The notes beneath the pieces are model-generated. The model saw nothing but the letters and a program-made list of their open reading frames with translations, made no database searches and was not told the origin of the DNA. The position numbers and the translations under genes were made by a program. Positions 27,951 through 36,855 of a DNA stretch of 64,000 nucleotides are shown in pieces. Where the stretch lies: positions 229 to 64,228 of the forward strand of contig JBLHSN010000002.1 of the NCBI GenBank assembly GCA_047626195.1. The letters are read 5' to 3'. This DNA is from Myxococcota bacterium (lineage in GTDB: Bacteria > Myxococcota_A > UBA796 > GCA-2862545). Numbering within the stretch: position 1 is the first letter of the stretch; each line of letters starts with the position of its first letter.

Positions 27951-28861
27951 CGTCGGTGAGTCGGCTTCCTAGCAAGCGAGTCGTTCCGTGGCTGCGGGCG
28001 CTCTCGGCAGGGGTGCGGGCTATCGCTCCGCACAACGATTTTGTATCGATGCATGCCGTACTTGCTCACGTAGAGGCACTCTCTCCTTCACTTTCTGCCG
28101 ATCTACTCGCGCCAGCCGAGGTGGACCCGGACTCCGGCATGCCAAGCCTTGCGTGGATGACCCGGGCGACGGCAGAACAGATGCTCGGACGGCGGGCAGA
28201 ACCTGTCTCAGACACCGTTCACAGGCTGGACCCCGAACTTGCAGCGCGCATGGAGGCGCGTTCTCGCCTGGCGACCCACTTGGCGACGCATGAACTGCTG
28301 CCGGTGCTCCGATTGACCGGGCGTGTCCGGCGTGTCGACCAGAGTACCAGCGCATTTGTGGTGTTCGACCACATTGACCCGGCTGGGCGGTGGGTCCGTA
28401 CGCGGGTGGAGCTGACCGCGCCTGCCGGCACCCGCGACCTGGGACTTGTTCAGGTCGAGCCCAACGCGCGAATCGTCGTTCAATCTGGGCTACGGGATGT
28501 TTTTGCCCGGCACATTCTCACCTCGCTTCCATCGCTACATGTGGCCCTTCAGGGGCTCACCATGGCCCGTGTGACTCGCGTATCCAGGGCCAGTCTGGGC
28601 CCATTTTGGTATCCAGGAGGTCCGCAGGTAACGGTGATGCCAGCGGCAGTCGCCAAGACCTTGGTCCTGCATGCGCTGCACGAGGTAATGGGCGACGATG
28701 TGGCTCGCACCGTGACCAACGACCCCTTGGCATCGGTGACTGTAGCGACTGCGGTCGGGGTCCACCGAACGCGACTACGTCGTCTGGCCGTGTTTCGTCC
28801 GGGCGTTGACGCGGTACGCGAGTGGCTTGGAAGTGACGTACTTATCCACCCGTTCGGGTAA
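27947..28861 (+). CDS. hypothetical protein (orphan)
   Basis: The ATG at 27947 overlaps the upstream TGA (ATGA), giving 304 aa (MTSVSRLPSK...). No motif recognised. The 3' end overlaps the convergent 966-aa gene by 20 nt. Confidence 0.5.
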   Translation: MTSVSRLPSKRVVPWLRALSAGVRAIAPHNDFVSMHAVLAHVEALSPSLSADLLAPAEVDPDSGMPSLAWMTRATAEQMLGRRAEPVSDTVHRLDPELAARMEARSRLATHLATHELLPVLRLTGRVRRVDQSTSAFVVFDHIDPAGRWVRTRVELTAPAGTRDLGLVQVEPNARIVVQSGLRDVFARHILTSLPSLHVALQGLTMARVTRVSRASLGPFWYPGGPQVTVMPAAVAKTLVLHALHEVMGDDVARTVTNDPLASVTVATAVGVHRTRLRRLAVFRPGVDAVREWLGSDVLIHPFG

Positions 28862-31742
28862 TGAGCGAGCGGGCCAGCGCTTCGGACGCGGCAACGAAGT
28901 CGGTGTTGGTCGTGTGACAGACCCGTTGGGCGAGCGACCACAGCAGCAGCAGGTCGCCTCCGGGTTCACTGAGACGTGCGCTGTCCTGCTGGCCTAGGCG
29001 AATCACCACCGCACCCATATTGGGCACCGACACAATCGTCTCGGCAATGGTCACGGGCAGGATGGTGCACCTGATGAACGCGCGCAGGTGATGCTGAAGG
29101 TCCGGTCGAGTCAATGCCGTCTTGTCGGGTTGCTGGTGGTGCCAGAGTTCGAGGTAACGAGACGCATCTTCATCGTTCGGATGACTGGCGATGTAGTCCT
29201 CAAGATCGGCATACAAGGCTCGAATCTCAACGTCGAGGTCGGCGTCCATGGTGTCCGCTCGCTCCACGGCGAGCTCAAGCCAGCCACGACACGGCAGTGC
29301 CTCCTGCGTGCCGCGGAAGGTCGATGTCTGCCCTTGCCAGGCTCCGAGAACCCCAAGAGTCGGGTCATAGGGTCGAGGCAGAGCGAGCCAGCCATACCCC
29401 CAATCGCGATGGACAGGCCGGTACACCACCTGGGCGCCCGGGTCTTCATTCCAGGCAGTGCGATGGTCATCGATATTCAGCGGGAGGTCGCGGCCAGCGA
29501 ACAGGTGGATGGCCTCGTCCAGGGTCAGAGCGGTTGTCCATCGGTCGTGATGCGACAGTCCATGTGCGGTAGCTACGCGAAGCCGGTCATCCGCTAGGGC
29601 TTGGTGGGCAGCCATCGTACGTGTGCCCACGGTCAGCGGCAGCTTTTCGGCTTGTTCTTGCGACGCACACACCACACGAGCGATAGCTCTCTGCAGTTCT
29701 GCGTCATCTTCGGGCCATGCGTCATTCTTTTCGAGGTCGATGAGGCGCCTGCAGAGCAACGCTATGCCTGCAAAAGGTGCATACGGAGTCTGACCGTCGC
29801 GCACCAGGTGTGCGACAAATGGGCCTGGTGATTCCTGGACAATAAAGCCTTCGATTGCAATGTCCGGCACTATGCATGCTGACACAATGAGCAGGTCCGT
29901 CACGGTGTTCCGCGTCCAGTCATCATCCGGTTCTAGCCAAATCCAATGACCATCACGCGTGCCTACGGCGAACAGGCGCCGCTGAGTACGAGACGGATGC
30001 TGCAGATGTCCGACTCCGAGACGGCGCTCGAGCGGCGCGAGTCTGTCGACTGCCTCCAGCGTTGATATCGCGAGAACGGCTCCCACTCCTTGTACATCCG
30101 CGAGGGCTTTGGCGCAGATGTTGTCGGTGAGCGGGAGGCTGTGAAGGTGCTGCGCATGACGCTGAAGAGCCGGCGGCAGCCACAGATCTAGTCGGGGGCC
30201 ATCCGCTGTAGCCACGAGCTGTGGCCGACTGTACTCGACGACAACGGCGCGGCGAAGTTCGGTGAGATCCGCCGCGGGCACCTCGTCGAATACTCGTCCG
30301 AGAGCCTGGATGATGAGCGACTTGCAGAAGGATTCCGGTGGGAGTTCTTCAGCCTGTACGAACGCCCACACGCCCGGTAGATCAAGTGGAAGACGAGTCA
30401 GTGAACGGGACACGCCATCTACGATGTGCAGGAGAGGGGTACCCACATCGGCAGCCGGCTCGGGAGCGTCTCCGTCAACATGCACTCGAATCCACAGAGT
30501 TGCGGTGCCGTGAGTGACCCGAGCGCTGTGGATGACCGGACGACTGTTGCGCTGCATTTCTGCGACGAATCGCGCATCTTCTGCACTCTGAAGCCGAGCG
30601 ATGGTCCGACCCGGCAGCCTGTCTGCGAGCAATGCCCCCGTTCGCTCATCGAGGAGCAACACGGGCCAAGGAAACCGCTGGGGGTCGAGGGCACTGTGCG
30701 TCTCAATGACGCTCCCCGGGCTGACAAGGAACAGTGGCTGTGTGGCCGAGAGCGTTGTCAAATCAGAGACCGAGACGTCGGGGCGCAGGCCACATTGTCG
30801 CATAGGCTCGACCAGTACTGCGACTCCTCCGGGTGTGGGGGCTTTGGGGGTGCGAAAGTCGGCCGTCGAGACAGAGGCGTGTTCACTACGCAGGAGCGGA
30901 ATGATGTGGGGCTGTGCGATGGCGAGCATCCCTGTCCAGGCCTCGTCTTGCACAATGTCGACGCCGTCAGCGGACTTTCGCAAGCGGTCGTCACACACGA
31001 TGCCGGCGGTGGATTCCCCCAGCTCGGGAATACGAAGCGTGGCGATGGTCACACCGCCGACGACAACCCGAACCCGTGGCAATACTCCGGGTCGAACGAT
31101 TCCTAGAACACCGCGAACACCGCGTTCGTTGAACGACACCGAGCGCTCCAGCCCTGGTGCCCACAAGCCCGCTGCAGGCTTGGTTCCTAGGATGGGACGA
31201 CCATCGACAAGAATGGGTATTGGCAGGTGAGCGCAGCGCTGCCTGATCAGGGTTTCTTCGTCGGGGACAACAGGTGTCTTCCATGGGCGCCAGCCTGGCT
31301 CGCGAAAGGTGGCTCGAATGTAGGTGCCGACGAGCGGCGCAGCTGAATCGACGGTGATGTCGCCACTTCGACTGATCGTTGCTCGCGACGTCGTTGCAGC
31401 CGTCCCATTGCCAGACTCAATGACGAGGCTCCGCGGATGGCGCAACAGCATCGCGTTGACCCCGAGGGCAAGCTGTTGCAGCGAACGGGTGTCGGCTCGT
31501 GTCTGCGAGACGAACAGGTAGTCGAACAGCCGGGCCAACTCGTCTCGAGTGACCGGCGGTGCTCCCACCCAGGCGACCCGAGACTCTGTCGGTGTGGCAT
31601 CCACGCTGATCCACTGGGCACCTTGGAGTACCGCCGCTTGAATCAACTCCAACACGTACTGGTCGGGGTGACGCATGGCGTACTCACGCATCTTTGCGAT
31701 GGCTTGTTCGCGAGCAATGGTAAAGCGTTGCCGTTCAGCCAC
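28842..31742 (-). CDS. large protein with degenerate (catalytically inactive) GHKL-like N-terminal domain
   Basis: 966 aa. The start overlaps the stop of the upstream GHKL gene by 8 nt. The N-terminus YVLELIQAAVLQGAQWISV aligns with FLRELVQNALDAGSPRIEV of the neighbour (Asn->Ala, Asp->Leu). WVGAPP replaces DFGHGM, and LALGVNAML replaces GRFGIGFASVF. The remaining ~800 aa are unrecognised. Confidence 0.6.
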   Translation of the reverse strand: MAERQRFTIAREQAIAKMREYAMRHPDQYVLELIQAAVLQGAQWISVDATPTESRVAWVGAPPVTRDELARLFDYLFVSQTRADTRSLQQLALGVNAMLLRHPRSLVIESGNGTAATTSRATISRSGDITVDSAAPLVGTYIRATFREPGWRPWKTPVVPDEETLIRQRCAHLPIPILVDGRPILGTKPAAGLWAPGLERSVSFNERGVRGVLGIVRPGVLPRVRVVVGGVTIATLRIPELGESTAGIVCDDRLRKSADGVDIVQDEAWTGMLAIAQPHIIPLLRSEHASVSTADFRTPKAPTPGGVAVLVEPMRQCGLRPDVSVSDLTTLSATQPLFLVSPGSVIETHSALDPQRFPWPVLLLDERTGALLADRLPGRTIARLQSAEDARFVAEMQRNSRPVIHSARVTHGTATLWIRVHVDGDAPEPAADVGTPLLHIVDGVSRSLTRLPLDLPGVWAFVQAEELPPESFCKSLIIQALGRVFDEVPAADLTELRRAVVVEYSRPQLVATADGPRLDLWLPPALQRHAQHLHSLPLTDNICAKALADVQGVGAVLAISTLEAVDRLAPLERRLGVGHLQHPSRTQRRLFAVGTRDGHWIWLEPDDDWTRNTVTDLLIVSACIVPDIAIEGFIVQESPGPFVAHLVRDGQTPYAPFAGIALLCRRLIDLEKNDAWPEDDAELQRAIARVVCASQEQAEKLPLTVGTRTMAAHQALADDRLRVATAHGLSHHDRWTTALTLDEAIHLFAGRDLPLNIDDHRTAWNEDPGAQVVYRPVHRDWGYGWLALPRPYDPTLGVLGAWQGQTSTFRGTQEALPCRGWLELAVERADTMDADLDVEIRALYADLEDYIASHPNDEDASRYLELWHHQQPDKTALTRPDLQHHLRAFIRCTILPVTIAETIVSVPNMGAVVIRLGQQDSARLSEPGGDLLLLWSLAQRVCHTTNTDFVAASEALARSLITRTGG

Positions 31743-33384
31743 GAGTCATGGCCTCGTACAGGTGTGCATGTTCTTGTTGAGTGGCCCCGCGCGCAGTGAG
31801 TATGACCTGAAGGATGGCGAATGCCGCGGCGGTTGGGAAGCTGCGGGCAAGGAGACGAAGCGCGCGAATCGTTGGGTGCCCGTGATTTATCAGAACGTCG
31901 GTATCTATTGGCGCATCGAGATTGCGTAGGATGACCCCCGATTCGTTCGGTACAGGAATGGCCACGGGTTCGTGTCTTGACGCAGCCACCCCCCCGAAAC
32001 GCCCAAAGTGAAGGTGACGAAAGCCGGGGATCAGGGCAATACGCTTGAGCTCGGTCAACAGGGCCAGGTCGACCGGACCCAGGCCGCTGTCTGGAATGCG
32101 CTGTGGCAGAAAGAATCGGTCGGTGGCCGTTCGCAGCGTTCGTAGCTTGGGCACGATGCCCAACATTCGCTTGCGAGGGAAAGCGCGGAACACAGAGCGG
32201 ATAGCCGGAGTATCCGGCAAGACGAAACGCCCTTGCGCTGTCAATGCGTGAACGACGGGGTGGTCCACATCCCCAACGAGCAACACGGCCAGGTCATCTT
32301 CTTGATCCTCCACTTCCGTAAGCGTACGAACGATGCCTGTGGTGTCGCGAAAGAGGGGCTGGCCATCGGGAAGGCTTCGGGTTCCTTCGGGTGCAAGGTC
32401 TGCGGCAAGCCAGCGCAGCAAGGCATCGTCGTCTGCGCCGGACACGGCCGCTTCATGCAGCGCGCGTAAAAGCGACTTGCGGAGCTCTTTCCGAACGTCG
32501 AGGGTCAGCCGCATGGCTCTGTGCCACATGTCGTCTTGGATGACGTTGTCGCGCGTAAGGGTGTGGTCGAGCCCAGGACCGGCAACCTTGATGTTGAGGT
32601 GCCTCAAGCGGTCCGCATAGTCACCAAGAACGGCGACATCTTCGGTGGAGACCAGCGTGAGACCGTGGCTGTAGAACCCAAAGCGCGGGGAGTCTGTGGC
32701 ACTGACGAACACGCGGATTTCGTCCCGTCTAGCCATTGCGGTGATGGGGTCGTCGAGGCCCAGAGGTCGGCTCACCGTCTTCAGGCTCTGAATCGGTTGC
32801 GCGAAAGACGCAAAAGGGTCGTCAGAGACCGTATCTGGCGACGGTTTCACACCGTCCTCGTACAGCACAACAGGCCGTTCACTGTGCTCACACCAGTAGG
32901 CCAAGACGTAGGCAGCTTGCCGCTGGGTTCGCTGTGCGGTGTTGCTGTCCATGCGCTTGCTCAGTGTCACCACGGTTCCGACAACCGGGGTCTCCAGTGC
33001 CGTTACTGTGAATGTACGCTCGGCATCGAAGTGCACTTCCCACGACTCACCAATGCGTCCGGTCGTCACCCAGACGTCATCGGGTCGCAGCGAGAAGACG
33101 GAGGCAAAGCCGATTCCAAAACGCCCAATCTGCGTGAGGTCACCCTGCTTTTGCGACGCGAAGAGGCGAGTTAGCTGCCGGTCGATAATCTCGCGAGTCA
33201 TGCCGTGGCCAAAGTCAGTCACGGACAGCACAAACACGCCCTGGGCCGAGTTGTAGTCCGTTCGCACTTCGATACGGGGAGAGCCCGCATCCAGGGCGTT
33301 TTGAACCAGCTCCCGCAGGAAGTCGAGCGGGCGTGCGAACTGGTCGACCAAGTTGTTGAGGGCTTGCTCGGCGAGACTCGCCAT
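31735..33384 (-). CDS. GHKL (Hsp90/MORC-like Bergerat fold) ATPase, non-canonical family
   Basis: 549 aa. N-box ELVQNALDA, G1 box DFGHGM, G2 box GRFGIGFASVF. No Hsp90 middle/C domain, MutL, GyrB or His-kinase features recognised. The start lies 2 nt after the tyrA stop. Confidence 0.75.
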   Translation of the reverse strand: MASLAEQALNNLVDQFARPLDFLRELVQNALDAGSPRIEVRTDYNSAQGVFVLSVTDFGHGMTREIIDRQLTRLFASQKQGDLTQIGRFGIGFASVFSLRPDDVWVTTGRIGESWEVHFDAERTFTVTALETPVVGTVVTLSKRMDSNTAQRTQRQAAYVLAYWCEHSERPVVLYEDGVKPSPDTVSDDPFASFAQPIQSLKTVSRPLGLDDPITAMARRDEIRVFVSATDSPRFGFYSHGLTLVSTEDVAVLGDYADRLRHLNIKVAGPGLDHTLTRDNVIQDDMWHRAMRLTLDVRKELRKSLLRALHEAAVSGADDDALLRWLAADLAPEGTRSLPDGQPLFRDTTGIVRTLTEVEDQEDDLAVLLVGDVDHPVVHALTAQGRFVLPDTPAIRSVFRAFPRKRMLGIVPKLRTLRTATDRFFLPQRIPDSGLGPVDLALLTELKRIALIPGFRHLHFGRFGGVAASRHEPVAIPVPNESGVILRNLDAPIDTDVLINHGHPTIRALRLLARSFPTAAAFAILQVILTARGATQQEHAHLYEAMTRG

Positions 33385-33386
33385 GG

Positions 33387-34496
33387 CTACGGCTCGCGAA
33401 TCAAGGTTTCGATGATGCGGTCGGACTCCTGCTGCGCTTGTTCGGCAAAGTCACTGAACCAGGCCGCTGTCTCTTCAAACAACGCCATGAACCCCGTGCG
33501 GTCGCGGTGAGCAATGAGTGCGTGCAGCTCGGTCGTCGCCTCGCTCAACAGGTGGCGAACGCGGTCGCCATCCGGATTATCGAACAGGATGGATGCGTAT
33601 AGCTCGGGGTCCTGTGCGAATAGCCGACCGATAACGGCCATCTCCAAGCGGTAGATGGGGCTTGTGTATCGTAAGCTCTCGGAGATCGAAACCCCAGTTC
33701 GCGCAAGGGTTATTCCAGTCGCAATGGTGCGAAAGTGTGTGATGACCTGAACCAGTGCCATCATGCTGTCGTGTTCTTTCGGCGTGGTCTCGATCAGCTC
33801 GGCTCCCATCGCGGCCAGCTGGGTCAGCATCCAAGTGGTACGGGGACCGGACTTGACTCGACAAACAACGACTTTCTGTCGGCGAAGAGAGGATGTGGTC
33901 GGCCCAAACATTGGATGTAATCCGAGCGTTTCGCAGGCGGCACTTTCGTATCCAGCACAGACATTTGCCTTGAGCGAGTTGATGTCGCATAGGAGGGCGT
34001 CTGCCCGCATGTGAGGGAGAACGTCTTGAAGCACCTGTTCAACCGCATGCATAGAGACCGACAGCAGAACAATGTCCGAGGCAGCGACCAAGGCGAAGCG
34101 GTCGCGTGGGTCGTCTATGTCCGTCAGAACAACTTGGGCCCCGCGCGATTCAAGGCAGCGCGCAAACCATTGTCCCATGGCGCCGTTGCCACCAATGATG
34201 AGTACTGTTGGCCCTTCTGGCGGAATGTCTTGGACCGTTTCTTGGGCTGTATGTCCGGCCTCCATGACCGCTTGAACCACGGCCACTCCTGTGGCCGCTG
34301 GCAAGCCGAGGGCTGTGCTTCGCTGGCGCGTGCGGGCCAGCACCACTTCTTCACGACTGCGATCGAAGATAGCCGTACCCGTGGCGGCTTTGAGCGCACC
34401 AATACGCCGGGTGATGGCGAGTCGGTTTGCGGCTGCGGTGAGCAGCGCTTCGTCTGCGGCATCCAGCTCGGCACGGAGCTCTTGTAGTGTGGTCAT
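33387..34496 (-). CDS. tyrA: bifunctional chorismate mutase / prephenate dehydrogenase (T-protein)
   Basis: 369 aa. N-terminal CM type II (LRAELDAADEALLTAAANRLAITRRIGALK). NAD site LIIGGNGAMGQWFA. GLHPMFGP. EHDSMMALVQVITHF, as in E. coli TyrA. Confidence 0.9.
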   Translation of the reverse strand: MTTLQELRAELDAADEALLTAAANRLAITRRIGALKAATGTAIFDRSREEVVLARTRQRSTALGLPAATGVAVVQAVMEAGHTAQETVQDIPPEGPTVLIIGGNGAMGQWFARCLESRGAQVVLTDIDDPRDRFALVAASDIVLLSVSMHAVEQVLQDVLPHMRADALLCDINSLKANVCAGYESAACETLGLHPMFGPTTSSLRRQKVVVCRVKSGPRTTWMLTQLAAMGAELIETTPKEHDSMMALVQVITHFRTIATGITLARTGVSISESLRYTSPIYRLEMAVIGRLFAQDPELYASILFDNPDGDRVRHLLSEATTELHALIAHRDRTGFMALFEETAAWFSDFAEQAQQESDRIIETLIREP

Positions 34497-35197
34497 TTGA
34501 CCTCGTTTATGACGATTCCGCGCTCGGAAAATCGGGGGTAAATATCTCCGGTTACCGTTCTGTCGTGCACCTCGGCATACGTCGACAGCGGAATGAGGCC
34601 CATCGTCAGCTCCTCTGCGGTCAAGGTGTTGCTGTCGGGCATTGCAGCGTATGCCTGTCGGAATCCGTCAAGCCAGGCCGGTAAGCGGTCGATGATTCGC
34701 TGCCGGACGCCTGTCTCATCCAACGCCAGCAAGGCGTCCAACGCGGACCAGCCAAAGGCGCGGTGTACGGCTTCGTCTCGTAAGATTCGGGTCAGTGCCG
34801 GCTGGACAGCAGGATGTGTCGCGGTGCGCCGCATGGCGTCGAACAACGGTACGGCGAAGGTCTCACCCAGACAGAAGTTTCGGACCACATTGTCGACGAG
34901 AGCCGCGAGTGGACCTTCGGGACTGGGAAGCTCAAGGGCGGCCAACTCCAGCGGAATGGGCTCGTCCGCACCCCCTAGGGCGGTCAAGCAGTCATGTGAC
35001 AGACGTGCGTGGTCCAGCTCATCACCGACGATTCGTAGCGCAGTGCGATGTAGGTCGTCCGGCAGGCCAACCTGAATCGCACGGTGGAGCGCCTGCGACG
35101 CGTACGTTGCCGACGTGTATTCGGCGGCGACTCGGTTGCTCCACTCCGCCAGTACGCGGCGACTCGCACTACCCACCGTTGGTGCCGTCCTCGTCAT
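34493..35197 (-). CDS. ferritin-like di-iron carboxylate protein, function unknown
   Basis: 234 aa. Four-helix di-iron ligand pattern read directly: E (AAEYTS), ExxH (DELDH), E (LGETF), ExxH (DEAVH). The stop overlaps the tyrA start (ATGA). Confidence 0.65.
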   Translation of the reverse strand: MTRTAPTVGSASRRVLAEWSNRVAAEYTSATYASQALHRAIQVGLPDDLHRTALRIVGDELDHARLSHDCLTALGGADEPIPLELAALELPSPEGPLAALVDNVVRNFCLGETFAVPLFDAMRRTATHPAVQPALTRILRDEAVHRAFGWSALDALLALDETGVRQRIIDRLPAWLDGFRQAYAAMPDSNTLTAEELTMGLIPLSTYAEVHDRTVTGDIYPRFSERGIVINEVK

Positions 35198-35627
35198 CTC
35201 GGGTCGGCCGCGTCTTATAGGTGTCCATTAGTGGCTGTGCGCGTTCGGGACAGGCAATCTGTGTGCCACAGGCTTCGGTTGCACAATCTTCACGAACACG
35301 GTCGCCGATGCCATCGGGCCCGCTAGCTCGGAATGGCGAGACGAAGTCCTTGTAGCAGTCCCCCTCGGGTGTGACGTACAAGAAGGGGATGGGCGGATTG
35401 GTCGCGCCCTCCGGATGACTGCTTGCAACGTCATTCCACGATGGCAGACTCGGTTGCTGGGGGGGTGGCGGATTCTCCATCGGCTCTTGACTGGGCGCTG
35501 GCGGATTCTCGGTCGGTTGGATGTCCGGCGGTGGCGGATTTGTCGTAAGCTCAATTTTGCCGTTGCAGGCTGAAAGTGACAGGGCTGAGCCCGCTGCGAG
35601 GACGGCGATGATTGGAGTGGTTTTCAT
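35169..35627 (-). CDS. proline-rich lipoprotein
   Basis: Signal and lipobox GSALSLSACNG. Repeated (T/E)NPP(P/A)P units. Four Cys in the C-terminal half. 152 aa. Confidence 0.6.
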   Translation of the reverse strand: MKTTPIIAVLAAGSALSLSACNGKIELTTNPPPPDIQPTENPPAPSQEPMENPPPPQQPSLPSWNDVASSHPEGATNPPIPFLYVTPEGDCYKDFVSPFRASGPDGIGDRVREDCATEACGTQIACPERAQPLMDTYKTRPTRDDEDGTNGG

Positions 35628-35659
35628 GTTGCGGAGTATAGTCCACGTCGGAGGAAGTC

Positions 35660-36796
35660 ATGTCCGACACGTTCCACGCTGTCGTGATTGCCATTGGTGA
35701 ACACGCCGAGCCCGCTGCAGTCCAAGCGGCAAAGACCATTGAATCGGCAGGCCACACTGTCACCGACCGCCACACCTGCACTCTCGAAGATGCCATGCGC
35801 CACGTCTCGGCGCTCGGTGCCGCTGGCGCGGTAGATTTCGTGTGCGTGGTTGGCGGGGATGGGAGTGAGCTTGCCAAGGTCAGTGGCGCTCTAACCGCGC
35901 CGTTACCCGTGCTCTCAACGGTTTATGCCGTACGTCGATTCCGCGAAGCGGGTGGCAATGCTCTGGGCGAAGGCTTTGCGATGGGGCGCTCTGAGGAGGC
36001 TGTGGTCATAGCGGTTCCCGCAGATGACGGTGCGATTGCCTTGGCTCTGGGCCTCGTCTTGCCGGCTCTCCCTGCACTGTGTGGTGGTCAGCTGGTCGCG
36101 GTGAATGAAGATGCCGCAGAGGATGACGAGGAGTTGATTGCCGAGGTGGTCGAAGAAGAAGAGGAGGCGGCTGCGGTCGAGCCCGATCACACGACGGTGG
36201 CTCGAGGGTTTAGCCTTGGGTCGTCAGAGATGCGCAGCACCGGGCCGTCGATTGACGGCGCTGTTCCTGGCATGAACTTCGGTCCCGGCTGGCAAAAGTG
36301 GGTGCAAGCGCACGATGCAGAGATTCTTCGCGACCGTAGGGAAGAGCTGCCGAACAACATTGATGAGCTCGCTCCTGTGCTTCAAATCCTGCACACCGCC
36401 GGTGAGCAAGCAGTGCTGAAGATTGGGCGAAACAAGATGAGCCTGTGGGGGTGGCCGGACCTCCAGCGTTCAACGAGCAAGGTGATTGCTGTGGGGTGGG
36501 GACTCCCGTTTGTGGAGGTTGTGGCCCTGCATCGTCACCCGACGAATACCGGTCTTGCGATTGAGGAAGAACGAGCTCTAGCGGGGCGTCGTAGTGCAGA
36601 TCTGGACGAGCTGACCAAGTCCATGACTGGGCGTCGCAACAAGAACGCCGAAGGGGAGCTGTTCGCCGTGGAGAAGGGCCGAGTCTGGACCCAGCGCGAT
36701 TCGCTCGTCTACGAATGGGACGGCAAGAAGGAGCGCAACGTGGGCAGCATTCAGCAAGCGCTAGCATCATTGTTGCTCAGCTGGAGCCAGCGCTAG
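35660..36796 (+). CDS. hypothetical two-domain protein (possible MoaB/MogA-like N-domain, acidic linker, unknown C-domain)
   Basis: GGAGGA 5 nt upstream of the ATG. The N-terminal ~140 aa (HAVVIAIGE...DFVCVVGGDGS) loosely resemble the MoCF-biosynthesis fold. Linker EDAAEDDEELIAEVVEEEEE. The C-terminal 200 aa are unrecognised. Confidence 0.5.
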   Translation: MSDTFHAVVIAIGEHAEPAAVQAAKTIESAGHTVTDRHTCTLEDAMRHVSALGAAGAVDFVCVVGGDGSELAKVSGALTAPLPVLSTVYAVRRFREAGGNALGEGFAMGRSEEAVVIAVPADDGAIALALGLVLPALPALCGGQLVAVNEDAAEDDEELIAEVVEEEEEAAAVEPDHTTVARGFSLGSSEMRSTGPSIDGAVPGMNFGPGWQKWVQAHDAEILRDRREELPNNIDELAPVLQILHTAGEQAVLKIGRNKMSLWGWPDLQRSTSKVIAVGWGLPFVEVVALHRHPTNTGLAIEEERALAGRRSADLDELTKSMTGRRNKNAEGELFAVEKGRVWTQRDSLVYEWDGKKERNVGSIQQALASLLLSWSQR

Positions 36797-36855
36797 ACGC
36801 TGGGTTCTCTCGATGGCGCGCACGGGTTAGGTCGCGCGAACTCTGGGGGGCCCAC

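Noticed and set aside
26967-33384. Idea that the four-gene orphan/GHKL block is a horizontally acquired GC-rich island
   Set aside because: My hand counts of single 60-nt lines gave 65-72% GC in parts of the block versus 52-58% in gsp, dnaB and tyrA lines. But pabB and thiE lines also gave 63-68%, and other lines in the block gave 55-58%. There are no flanking repeats, tRNA or mobility genes, so an island is not demonstrable without a proper sliding-window and codon-usage analysis.
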